From: Candidatus Caenarcanales bacterium
Lineage (GTDB): Bacteria > Cyanobacteriota > Vampirovibrionia > LMEP-6097
Assembly: GCA_947459525.1 (NCBI GenBank)
Contig: CANHDW010000003.1
Location: forward strand, 1-49,849
Length of the DNA: 49,849 nt
Direction: 5' to 3'
Within the stretch, counting starts at the first letter, position 1; each line of letters opens with the position of its first letter. The translations under genes were made by a program, and so were the position numbers. Shown one piece after another: positions 17,128 to 26,137 of the stretch. Under the pieces are notes generated by a model. That model did not search any database. It had not been told where the DNA came from and was given only the letters and a program-made list of their open reading frames with translations.

Positions 17128-18940
17128 AGGAAGTGTATTCTGCATTAATCTTCACATAGTCATAACTTAAATCATTCCCAAGAAAATGTGCAGAATTTAG
17201 AGCTTTGTTTTCGATAGTCGATTTATTTTTAGTTAAACTTATAACTATCTCTACGTGCCTTGCTTGTTTCAATCGCTTAGCGAGTCTATCTAAATCCTCG
17301 CCAAAAATCTGTGCAGAAGCATTTTTAAAAACACAGCTATCTAATAGATTTACTTCAATTAAACTCATGTCTAAACCTTCTAGTAGAGCTTCTTCCCGTG
17401 CGAAAGCTGCAACTATGCGCCCCCAATTGGGGTCATTACCAAAGATGGCGGTTTTAACCAACATTGAGTTAATAATATTTCTGCCGATTTTTTGAAGATT
17501 TAACTGACTGATAGGTAAGTTTTCTAGCTTGAGGTCTATGATTTTGGTTAAACCTTCACCATCTGCGATAATCTGATAGCAGAGTCCTTTGCAGACTTCT
17601 TCAAGAGATGCTTTGAATTCTTCTTTGCTGATTTCTTCTCCAGTAAAATTATTTAATAGGAGAACCATATCATTAGTACTGGTATCACCGTCTACGCTGA
17701 TGTTATTAAAAGTAGTGCTGACGATTTCACTTACAGTTTCCTGCATAAATTCCGTGGCTTTTTCATTATTAAGACCTAAAATTTTTACATCTGTAATAAT
17801 AAAGCCAAGCATGGTCGCCATGTTTGGAGCTATCATGCCAGAACCTTTACAGATGCCAAGGAATCGCTGTTTCTGATCCTGACTGATCTTTGGAACAGTA
17901 TCTGTGGTCATAATCGCTCTGGCGAAATCATAGACAGCTTCATAAGATTTAGAATTTTTCTTTTCTTTTATTTTTTCTGTGAAAACCTTTTTAGCGTGAC
18001 TCAGGTCAAGCTTACGTCCTATAACCCCCGTACTCGCCGACAGTACTTTTGGACACTGCTTGCAGTCTCCAATTTCTGCGATATTTTCAATAAAATCTTC
18101 AAGCAGTTTCCTTAAATCATTATCTGCTTTAACCCCTTCTTCTCCAGTGCAGCAGTTAGCATTACCAGAATTGGCGATAAGACCATGGACGGTTTTAGAT
18201 TTTAATTCTATGTTATGTTCTACGCATACAGCTTTCATCGCATTTTTTGTAAAAGTACCAGCCCAAGAACAGGGTTTTTCTGAAAATAAAACTGCCATAT
18301 CTAAATTATTTATTTTAGAGACAGCTTTAATTCCCGAGTGAAAACCCGTGAGGGAGAAGTATTTAGGTAGTGATGGTATGTAGGCTTTAGCTAAAAGAGT
18401 GTAGCCTTCTGCACAGTAGTAAAGGGCTAGAGGCATTAAAGCATAACTGTAAGCTTGTATGCCCTGTGCAAGTAATAAGGATTTCTCTTCTTCAGAGGGT
18501 ATTTCACCGTCGGCAAGAGCAGCTACTTTAATTCCTAGGCACTGCTGCTGAACTCCAATTTCTGCGTTTTCGTCGTCCTCATGATCCTCATGTACGTTAA
18601 GTAAGCGGAGCTTGTATTTCCGCTTGCTCGCATACGACACTGGTGTCGCATCCTCGGCATCGCTGGAAATTACATTGCGGTCATTCGTCCTCCTCAGCCT
18701 TGAACTTGCACGTTCGGCAGCAGTGCCCTCTAAGGACTGCTGCCGAACTCCAAGTTCTGCGTCTTCGTCGTTAATCTGGGATGTATACAATTCAGTAACA
18801 GGGATAAAACCTATATTCCTAGGACTAGAACCTGTTAAATTCAGATGATCTACTATCCTCAGTTCTTTTCCAGCAAGCTCTTCTGTAAGTGGAATTACAG
18901 GGATAAATATTTCTTTGATTTTCATCTTTCCATTAGCCAT
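17126..18940 (-). CDS. argJ: ornithine acetyltransferase ArgJ with an N-terminal extension containing MITE insertions
   Basis: NSGNAN, STGVIG, IMTTD, KGSGMIAPNMATML, DTSTND and DPNWGR motifs. Confidence 0.92.
   Translation of the reverse strand: MANGKMKIKEIFIPVIPLTEELAGKELRIVDHLNLTGSSPRNIGFIPVTELYTSQINDEDAELGVRQQSLEGTAAERASSRLRRTNDRNVISSDAEDATPVSYASKRKYKLRLLNVHEDHEDDENAEIGVQQQCLGIKVAALADGEIPSEEEKSLLLAQGIQAYSYALMPLALYYCAEGYTLLAKAYIPSLPKYFSLTGFHSGIKAVSKINNLDMAVLFSEKPCSWAGTFTKNAMKAVCVEHNIELKSKTVHGLIANSGNANCCTGEEGVKADNDLRKLLEDFIENIAEIGDCKQCPKVLSASTGVIGRKLDLSHAKKVFTEKIKEKKNSKSYEAVYDFARAIMTTDTVPKISQDQKQRFLGICKGSGMIAPNMATMLGFIITDVKILGLNNEKATEFMQETVSEIVSTTFNNISVDGDTSTNDMVLLLNNFTGEEISKEEFKASLEEVCKGLCYQIIADGEGLTKIIDLKLENLPISQLNLQKIGRNIINSMLVKTAIFGNDPNWGRIVAAFAREEALLEGLDMSLIEVNLLDSCVFKNASAQIFGEDLDRLAKRLKQARHVEIVISLTKNKSTIENKALNSAHFLGNDLSYDYVKINAEYTS
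18051..18088 (-). repeat. in-frame MITE end remnant in the ArgJ core (ENIAEIGDCKQCP)
   Basis: GGACACTGCTTGCAGTCTCCAATTTCTGCG versus GGCACTGCTGCTGAACTCCAATTTCTGCG. Confidence 0.7.
18538..18727 (-). mobile_element. 190-bp MITE-like element read in frame within argJ
   Basis: TIR GGCACTGCTGCYGAAC (15/16 complementary); interior differs from the intergenic copy at 11 of 158 positions by manual count. Confidence 0.9.
18733..18770 (-). repeat. adjacent MITE end remnant in argJ (DEDAELGVRQQS)
   Basis: AGGACTGCTGCCGAACTCCAAGTTCTGCGTCTTCGTCG. Confidence 0.85.
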
Positions 18941-19944
18941 AGTGGTTGAAATACGGAAGAAGCTGTACCATTTTCACCAGTTAAAAGATTTTTTATAGAA
19001 TCTTTCTGTGACATCTTCATGCCGAAGAGACCCTCTAGGGAAGAAAATTGACCACCATCCCAAGTCTCTCTGAATGCTAGGCTGTCAGCACCTCTTACTT
19101 TATATTTAGTTTTTAATAAATCTTTCAGAATAACTTTAGAGTCTTCTAATGTTCCAAGATGATCGACTAGACCGACTTCTTTTGCTTGAGAGCCCGTATA
19201 AATTATCCCTCTTGCGATAATCTGAAGCTTATCTATTTCGATACCCCTACCAGCATGAATATCATTTAAAAATTGATCATAACTGTTTTCTAGGAGCTTA
19301 TTTAAGATACTTATTTCTTCAGGTATTAATTCTCTTTGACTAGAGCCTATATCCTTAAATTTACCTGCTTTAAATGTCTGGTCTTTAATACCAAGCCTAT
19401 CAAAAAAACCTTTAAGATTCACGCCCTGACTGATAACCCCGATGCTACCAGTAAGAGTACCGGGGTTCGCGACGATGGAATCAGCGGCACTCGCTATGTA
19501 ATAGCAACCACTGCCACATATGTCTCCCATAGAGACTAATACTGGTTTTTTAGCTTCACGAAGTTTTTTTACTAATTGATAAATTTCTTGACTAGCTGCG
19601 ACCGTTCCACCAGGACTATTCATTCTTAAAAGAACTGCTTTCGCTTTTTTATCATCTAAGGCTTTTTGTAATTCTTGTTTACAGCTAATGGCATCGGTAG
19701 CAGAGCTAAAAGGACTACTTTTCGCAAATCCATCATAAATAACACCTTCAAGCCCAATGATTGGAATGTAATCTTGATAATTACCGATTTGAGATAATAG
19801 TTCCTTCTTAACTTCATTTCCAGAATGCATCTGCCCTTGTCCGTCTTTTAAAAGAACCATACCAAGGACCGAAGATAATAAACAGAGAGCTACCAATGTG
19901 ATAACTACTATTATCTCTCTTTTTTCTTGCTTAATTAAACTCAT
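18922..19944 (-). CDS. sppA: signal peptide peptidase SppA (36K type)
   Basis: NSPGG, SMGDICGSGCYY, GSIGV and KAGKFKD motifs; N-terminal TM. Confidence 0.92.
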   Translation of the reverse strand: MSLIKQEKREIIVVITLVALCLLSSVLGMVLLKDGQGQMHSGNEVKKELLSQIGNYQDYIPIIGLEGVIYDGFAKSSPFSSATDAISCKQELQKALDDKKAKAVLLRMNSPGGTVAASQEIYQLVKKLREAKKPVLVSMGDICGSGCYYIASAADSIVANPGTLTGSIGVISQGVNLKGFFDRLGIKDQTFKAGKFKDIGSSQRELIPEEISILNKLLENSYDQFLNDIHAGRGIEIDKLQIIARGIIYTGSQAKEVGLVDHLGTLEDSKVILKDLLKTKYKVRGADSLAFRETWDGGQFSSLEGLFGMKMSQKDSIKNLLTGENGTASSVFQPLWLMER

Positions 19945-20027
19945 ATCAATTAATTGTAACGCTATTTTAATTTTTAAAGCTCTATATTGGCGGCAGTTCT
20001 ATGAATTTTGCTACAATAGGCTAGCAG

Positions 20028-21044
20028 ATGGAAGAGAAAAAATTAAAAGCAATGGTCCTTGCCGCTGGAATCGGTTCTAGACTCGAACCACTGACTAGTA
20101 TTTTACCAAAACCACTTGTGCAGATAGCTGGAAGACCGGTGATGGAGCATATACTCCTCTTACTAAAGAAGCATGGTATTACAGATGTAGTGTCTAATAC
20201 ATATCATCTTGCACCGAAGTTGCACGATTATTTTGCTGATATTAAACAGAGAGAAGGTATTGATATTCATTTTATACATGAATCGAAACTCTCTGGCGTT
20301 GCTGGTGGTATCAGGGCTTGTAGAGAATATTTGAAAGGTTCTACTGTTTGTATTATTATGGGCGATGCACTTACTAACGCTGATTTAACTAAATTATTAC
20401 AAGCACACCAAAAAGCAGTTAAAGAAAATAACTGCAAAGTTACTATCGCGAAGATGCAGGTGGAAGATACGACGCATTTCGGTGTAGTCGTGACTGATGG
20501 TAAAGGTCGGGTTATTAATTTTCAAGAAAAGCCAAAGCCAGAAGAAGCTCTCTCTAACTGGGCGAATACTGGTATTTATTTCTTTGAGCCTGAAATTTTA
20601 GATATGATTCCTAGTATAGAAGAGGCACCTGTATATGATGTGGCTCATGATCTTTTCCCGAAGCTTTTAGAAGCTGGAGTCTATATGCAGGCTGTGCCAG
20701 TGGATGCAGATACTTATTGGGCTGATATTGGCACACCTCAGCAGTATATTCAGACGATGAAAGATATAGCTTCTGGTGCAGTGAACTTTGAAAGCTTTAA
20801 ACCTTTAATTCGTTCTCAGGATATATCTCCACTAGCAAGTTTGATTGAGGATAATGAAATTGGTGACAAGACTGTAATTGCTGATACTGCTAGTTTAAAA
20901 AACTGCGTGATCTGGGATAATGTAGAAATCGGTGAGGGTGCTGATCTTGAAGATTGTATAGTAGTTTCTGGTGCGAAAATTAATCCTTATGAAAAACATA
21001 AAGGAAAGATTCTTGTAGCAGAAATGCCTGTTGCTGCTAAGTAA
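20028..21044 (+). CDS. NDP-sugar pyrophosphorylase (mannose-1-phosphate guanylyltransferase-like)
   Basis: LAAGIGSRLEPLT..PKPL, FQEKP, WADIGTP and a hexapeptide-repeat tail. Confidence 0.88.
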   Translation: MEEKKLKAMVLAAGIGSRLEPLTSILPKPLVQIAGRPVMEHILLLLKKHGITDVVSNTYHLAPKLHDYFADIKQREGIDIHFIHESKLSGVAGGIRACREYLKGSTVCIIMGDALTNADLTKLLQAHQKAVKENNCKVTIAKMQVEDTTHFGVVVTDGKGRVINFQEKPKPEEALSNWANTGIYFFEPEILDMIPSIEEAPVYDVAHDLFPKLLEAGVYMQAVPVDADTYWADIGTPQQYIQTMKDIASGAVNFESFKPLIRSQDISPLASLIEDNEIGDKTVIADTASLKNCVIWDNVEIGEGADLEDCIVVSGAKINPYEKHKGKILVAEMPVAAK

Positions 21045-21102
21045 AAGCTTTGTTCTTTTTCAACAAACTATTGAGACTGAGACATGTCATAATTTCTTAT
21101 GT

Positions 21103-22176
21103 ATGATTATCGGTGTTCCTAAAGAAATACTTGCACATGAAAATAGAGTAGCCATGACTCCAGATTGGACTCGGACTCTTCATGAAGCTGGACATAATGT
21201 CTATGTTCAGGCTGGTGCTGGTGTCGGTAGTAGTTTTCATGACGAGGCTTATAGAAAGGCTGGAGCGGTTATCCTGGATACAGCGGAAGAAGTTTTTAAA
21301 AAATCCGATATTATCGTTAAGGTAAAACAGCCTTTAGAGCAGGAGTATAAGTTAATCGAGGAGAGACATATACTCTTTACTTATTTACACTTAGCTTCTA
21401 GTAAGGCTTTAACTGATGCACTTACTCGCACTGGGGCTCACTGTATAGCCTATGAGACTATAGAAGATAGATCTGGTAGATTACCGCTCTTGAAGCCGAT
21501 GTCAGAAGTGGCTGGGCGTATGTCTGTTCAGATCGGGGCGAGATTTTTAGAAAGAGGTGTTAATGATCAGCATCCAGGCAGGGGCATTCTTTTAGGTGGT
21601 GCTGCTGGCGTACCTCCTGCGATAGTAACTATTCTTGGTGCTGGTATAGTCGGCAGAGCAGCTTTGAAGATAGCCGTGGGAATGGGCGCGCATGTTAATG
21701 TTTTTGATAATAATTTAAATGCTCTTTCAGAGATAGATGATTTATACGGTAGTAGAGTAGCTACTATTTTTAGTACTTCTTCTGCTATAGAGAAGAGAGT
21801 CTTAGAATCTGATTTAGTTATAGGTGCTGTATTAATTACTGGTAAAAAAGCACCTATGTTAGTCACTGAGAGTATGGTTAAGCAGATGCGTTACGGTTCA
21901 GTAATCGTAGATGTGGCTGTAGATCAGGGTGGCTGTATAGAAACTAGTGAAGTTACTAGCCATGATAATCCGATAATCGTTAAACATAACGTGCTTCATT
22001 ATGGTGTGGCTAATATGCCTGGTGCTGTGCCTAACACTAGTACTCATGCACTGTGTAACTCGACTATGCCTTATTTATTAAAGCTTGCGAATCGTGGTAT
22101 TTCTGCATTAGATGAAGATCCAGGTTTTAAAAAAGGCTTGAATATAGCTGACGGTAAGCTTTTGATTGATATTTAA
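21103..22176 (+). CDS. ald: alanine dehydrogenase
   Basis: MIIGVPKE...ENRVA, FTYLHLA, DVAVDQGGC and VANMPGAVP; start moved to ATG 21103. Confidence 0.95.
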   Translation: MIIGVPKEILAHENRVAMTPDWTRTLHEAGHNVYVQAGAGVGSSFHDEAYRKAGAVILDTAEEVFKKSDIIVKVKQPLEQEYKLIEERHILFTYLHLASSKALTDALTRTGAHCIAYETIEDRSGRLPLLKPMSEVAGRMSVQIGARFLERGVNDQHPGRGILLGGAAGVPPAIVTILGAGIVGRAALKIAVGMGAHVNVFDNNLNALSEIDDLYGSRVATIFSTSSAIEKRVLESDLVIGAVLITGKKAPMLVTESMVKQMRYGSVIVDVAVDQGGCIETSEVTSHDNPIIVKHNVLHYGVANMPGAVPNTSTHALCNSTMPYLLKLANRGISALDEDPGFKKGLNIADGKLLIDI

Positions 22177-22230
22177 GGCTGCTTGTTGCTAGGATCGACT
22201 TTTGATGAATTTTTTATCTGCTGCGTTTAA

Positions 22231-23202
22231 TTATTTATCAAACAATTCACTTTTATTTACAAGCTCAACAAGCCTTTCTCTAAAATTTTTCTGAAACTCA
22301 TCAGAATTTATATCCTCGGTCCACATGATTAAGGCTGACTCTAGAGTATCTTCGTAGTATCTTTTACGAATGCCCTGTCTTTTAAATAAATATTTTTCAT
22401 AAAGACCTTGAGCCTTAATATTACTTACTCTTACTTCAAGAGTGAGTGCTTTAATATTCTGCTCTAGAGCTTTAAAAATTTGGGCTATGAGAAGGGCCTC
22501 TGCGACACCTTTTCTCGTATGGTTTTTAGCAGTAGCTATAGTTGTAATGTGCATTTCATCTATAATCATCCAAGAGCCGAGATAGCCTAAAATTTCATTC
22601 TCATCTTTATATAGGACATTATAGTCACCGACAGTATTATCTAACTCACTGACGAAATTATCTCGCGTCCAATGCACTTCACCATAGGCATCTGCTTCTA
22701 TGATAGAGACCTCATCTAAATCTGAAAGCATCATTCTGCGAATTTTATATTCGGGTTTAAGTTTAAAATAAGAATAAACGGTTTCTTGCACTATTTTAGG
22801 TTCTATCTCATCAAGCGGCTTTAAGACGAAATTCCTGCTAAGCATTCTCGGGTGAGGAATAGTCAGTTCCGCAGAATCTAGTTTAAGTCTATCAAAAAGC
22901 AGAATATCTATATCTATAATTCGTGCTGATTTTCTACCTCGCTCCGCTCTATTACAGTCGATGTTTAATTCAATTCGCTGTAATTCTTTTAAGAGCTCTA
23001 TGGGAGATAAATTTACAGATATTTTAATGACGCCATTCAAGAAGGGATTCGGACCTGCTTCTTCTATAGCGGGATTTTCAAGCCAAGTCGAGCATTTTAA
23101 AATTTTAACTCCCTTGCACTCAGCTATCTGTGAAAGAGCAGTTTCTAAATTTTTTTGTCTATTCCCTAGATTAGATCCTAGAGACAGGTAAGCGGTGTGC
23201 AT
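22231..23202 (-). CDS. folK: fused FolK (HPPK) and RimI-like GNAT acetyltransferase
   Basis: AYLSLGSNLG, RIIDIDIL and IPHPRM, then TLEVRVSN..A..LYEK..F...GIRKRYY. Confidence 0.88.
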   Translation of the reverse strand: MHTAYLSLGSNLGNRQKNLETALSQIAECKGVKILKCSTWLENPAIEEAGPNPFLNGVIKISVNLSPIELLKELQRIELNIDCNRAERGRKSARIIDIDILLFDRLKLDSAELTIPHPRMLSRNFVLKPLDEIEPKIVQETVYSYFKLKPEYKIRRMMLSDLDEVSIIEADAYGEVHWTRDNFVSELDNTVGDYNVLYKDENEILGYLGSWMIIDEMHITTIATAKNHTRKGVAEALLIAQIFKALEQNIKALTLEVRVSNIKAQGLYEKYLFKRQGIRKRYYEDTLESALIMWTEDINSDEFQKNFRERLVELVNKSELFDK

Positions 23203-23362
23203 GGCATTCTTTAAATATCGAATTAATAATCCGCCGAAAAATGCTTATCTAAAGTAAAGGAAAATAACAAATCTGCAAGCGGAATATATAATGTAAATTA
23301 TAGGAAATATAGTCATAGGATTTGCAGTTTTTTATTCCTTAATCGCTTTTATACTAGCTTCA

Positions 23363-24412
23363 TTGTTTGGAAGCTTTGCTAATGTGCTTATTTACAGGCT
23401 TCCATTGGGGCTTTCCATTGCAAAGCCAGCATCCTTCTGCCCTGCCTGCAATCATAAATTAGGCTTCTGGGAAAAAATTCCGATCTTTAGTTACGTTTTT
23501 TTGCAAGGAAGATGCTTTCACTGTGATACTAGAATTGATATTCGCTATCTAAATGTTGAGCTTCTTGTGAGCCTATGTTCTATTCCCTTTATATATAAAT
23601 TAGTTTTTGTGCCGATTCGGGCTTTCGTTGAAGTAGGCATGCTATTACCAGAATGTTTAAAAAGTATATTTTCTTTTTTATTTATTTTGGTCTTTTTAGT
23701 AATAGCAATAGCTGTGGCTGTTATTGATAATGATTCAGCAAGAATCCCACATTCTTTAAGCTATTCTGGGATTATCTTGGCGATATTTTTCGCAAAGATT
23801 TTTTTAACAGTGCCGTTTATAGAGAGTTTTGCGAATCTTGGTTTAATATTAGTATTCTTTGATGCGTTTAATCATTTCGCTAATAAAATAATTTATAAAA
23901 AATTCGCCTTGCCCATCTGTCCTAGTGCACTTACTTTAAGGTTTAAGTTTTTAGAAAAGTATATTTCTTTTATTTATATCTCCCTATTTACCTTTATGCT
24001 TATTTTATTTTTCGGAGCTCATTTCATGGGACTGAAGATACTACTCTGCTATTTAGGTTTCGCTTATTTTATTAATGAAATAGTTTTCGATTTTTACTTA
24101 TTTCGTTTTTATTCTCCTAAGTTAATTCATGAGCAGGAGGAGGAGAATAAAATTTACGATAAAAATAGTGAATTTTTCTCATCAGCTGAATTTAAGCCAA
24201 GTGAGCTTAAAAATGCTTGGGGTGGTGGGGATACTATTATGATCGCTTTTATTGCCATGATAGGGGGTATAGAATGCTCATTACTTAGCGTGGCTGTAGC
24301 TTTTTCAGCTTTATTAATTTTTCGAGTGCTTACGAAAGATAAATCTAAGACAGTCCGTTTGGGGCCAGCATTGGCTCTTGCCGTATTTGTTGCTATTATA
24401 CTAAGAGTTTGA
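23363..24412 (+). CDS. pilD: prepilin peptidase (A24), start uncertain
   Basis: GSFANVLIYRLP, CPAC...GRCFHC, WGGGD and LGPAL motifs. Confidence 0.85.
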   Translation: MFGSFANVLIYRLPLGLSIAKPASFCPACNHKLGFWEKIPIFSYVFLQGRCFHCDTRIDIRYLNVELLVSLCSIPFIYKLVFVPIRAFVEVGMLLPECLKSIFSFLFILVFLVIAIAVAVIDNDSARIPHSLSYSGIILAIFFAKIFLTVPFIESFANLGLILVFFDAFNHFANKIIYKKFALPICPSALTLRFKFLEKYISFIYISLFTFMLILFFGAHFMGLKILLCYLGFAYFINEIVFDFYLFRFYSPKLIHEQEEENKIYDKNSEFFSSAEFKPSELKNAWGGGDTIMIAFIAMIGGIECSLLSVAVAFSALLIFRVLTKDKSKTVRLGPALALAVFVAIILRV

Positions 24413-25746
24413 AAGATAGTAATCAGACTTTAATAATAGATTTTAGTTTAGAGAAAATACTCGTCTCTATAAATTCTGTCGTCCGTAAAACCCAAGTCCA
24501 CAGTGAAGATTTTTTTAAAAAACCTAAACAGGCTCACCAAGATTTAAAACAAGAACTGAAATCTTATGGCATTAGCTCGGCTAAGGTCATTTTTTCTTTA
24601 CCAATTCGTTATATAACCTATCAAGTTATCCCGCTTCCAGATGAGGCTCCACAAGATGAGAAGCTGAAGCTTATGAGTATTGAGTTAGATAGGGCTAATT
24701 TTCTAGATCTATTTTCTTGTGAAAGATTAAATGTTACAGAAAGAATGGTCGCTGGAGAGAGAATCTGTGACTATCTTTTAGTAGCCCCACAGAAGACCGT
24801 TAGGCTTAACTGTCAGAGTTTTTTAAAGAAAATAAATTCTAAGCTTTATAAATTCGTCGCTAATTATAATCTTTTTAAACCAGAGCGAGATTCTGAGATT
24901 TTATCAGCGTTCACACATTCGTCTAATATGGAGATAGTATTCTGGAGCTATTCTTTCCCTATCGCTATTTCTAATTTAAGTTCTACTAATGACCCAGCGA
25001 ATGACCTGAATCGTTTTTTAGATATTTATCAGAATGATCTTGAGAATAAAAGTTTAAGTATAGAAAATATAGATATCTATGGTAATAATCTAGGTGAGTA
25101 TTCTTTTAGTAATTTAACTCATAAAATAACCCTCAGAGAGGATTATGAAAGCTTCTTAATAGAGAATCTTCCTGCTGTAAGCTCCTTTCATGATATTACT
25201 AAAAAAGTTAAACTTCCCTCAGAGCCTTTTAGGCTAGATTTCCCGAATCTTACTTATTTATTTGCGGTGATATTTTTAGCCTTTAGTTTACTCTTGGGGT
25301 TGTTTGCGACTCTACAGAATATGAGTTTAGACCAGAAATACTTAGTGTTCCAAAACGAAGTCTCTCGGTATGAAAGGCAGATCGCTGAGAAAAAACGTAT
25401 TAAGCAAGAGATAAGCGATTTAGAAAAAGAAAGAGAATTCTATTATTCGATAACTAGAAGGCGAGCACCTTGGGATTTAATCTTAAAGGAACTCAGTAAA
25501 TTAACCCCTAAAGGTTTATGGATAGAGCGTTTTAGCGCAGCTAAAAATAATTTAGTGATGATCGGTAAGGCAGAAAAAGTAAATGAGGTTTCAGCCTTTG
25601 CTGTGAATTTAAGTCATAGCTCAAAGTATTTCTCTGAGGTACTTTTAAGTGGCTCACGAGATTATAGTGATGGACTAGTTTATAAGGAATTCCAGATTAC
25701 GGCGAAGCTTAAGGCGCCAGAGGATTTTTCTGTGCCAGTAAATTAG
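24409..25746 (+). CDS. PilN-domain protein with a large cytoplasmic N-terminal region (PilM/GspL-like)
   Basis: TM segment, coiled coil, W..IL.ELSKLTPKGLWI and GKA.....V..F..NL..S.YF; coupled to pilD. Confidence 0.7.
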   Translation: MKDSNQTLIIDFSLEKILVSINSVVRKTQVHSEDFFKKPKQAHQDLKQELKSYGISSAKVIFSLPIRYITYQVIPLPDEAPQDEKLKLMSIELDRANFLDLFSCERLNVTERMVAGERICDYLLVAPQKTVRLNCQSFLKKINSKLYKFVANYNLFKPERDSEILSAFTHSSNMEIVFWSYSFPIAISNLSSTNDPANDLNRFLDIYQNDLENKSLSIENIDIYGNNLGEYSFSNLTHKITLREDYESFLIENLPAVSSFHDITKKVKLPSEPFRLDFPNLTYLFAVIFLAFSLLLGLFATLQNMSLDQKYLVFQNEVSRYERQIAEKKRIKQEISDLEKEREFYYSITRRRAPWDLILKELSKLTPKGLWIERFSAAKNNLVMIGKAEKVNEVSAFAVNLSHSSKYFSEVLLSGSRDYSDGLVYKEFQITAKLKAPEDFSVPVN

Positions 25747-26002
25747 TTCTTACCTCTTCTAACGTCTTTAGGGTATGTATTTCTGCTGCATTTAATTTAA
25801 TAGGACTTTTGCTGAATATAGTTTTGCCGGCTCTATTTACTTCTAGTGACTCCAATTTAAAAATTTCTTCCAATTGCTTTAGCCTTATAGCCCTCATAAC
25901 AGGACTAAATTCTAGAGAATTATTTAAATCTTGTAAAGTAATCGGCAGTGATTTTTGGGTTGTTAGTTTGGTGAAATTATGATAAATATTCAATTGATTT
26001 AG

Positions 26003-26119
26003 CATAGTTCTGTAACCTAGCCTTTTTCTAGGACGATTATTAATCAAGAATGCTATTCGATCAAGCTGCTCTTGAGTCACTTCTTTTAGACTCATGCCTT
26101 TTGGTAAAAACTGTCTATT
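26003..26119 (-). pseudogene. IS30-family transposase C-terminal fragment
   Basis: RQFLPKGMSLKEVTQEQLDRIAFLINNRPRKRLGYRT matches the IS30 C-terminal pattern; the rest of the transposase is absent. Confidence 0.8.
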
Positions 26120-26137
26120 CCTAGTAAAATAAAGTTT

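Noticed and set aside
16894-17145. 83-aa minus-strand ORF, and the 18612-18848 plus-strand ORF
   Set aside because: By-products of the stop-poor repeat element rather than independent genes
25709-26095. Intact transposase or active IS
   Set aside because: No DDE core, HTH or terminal repeats; only a C-terminal scrap
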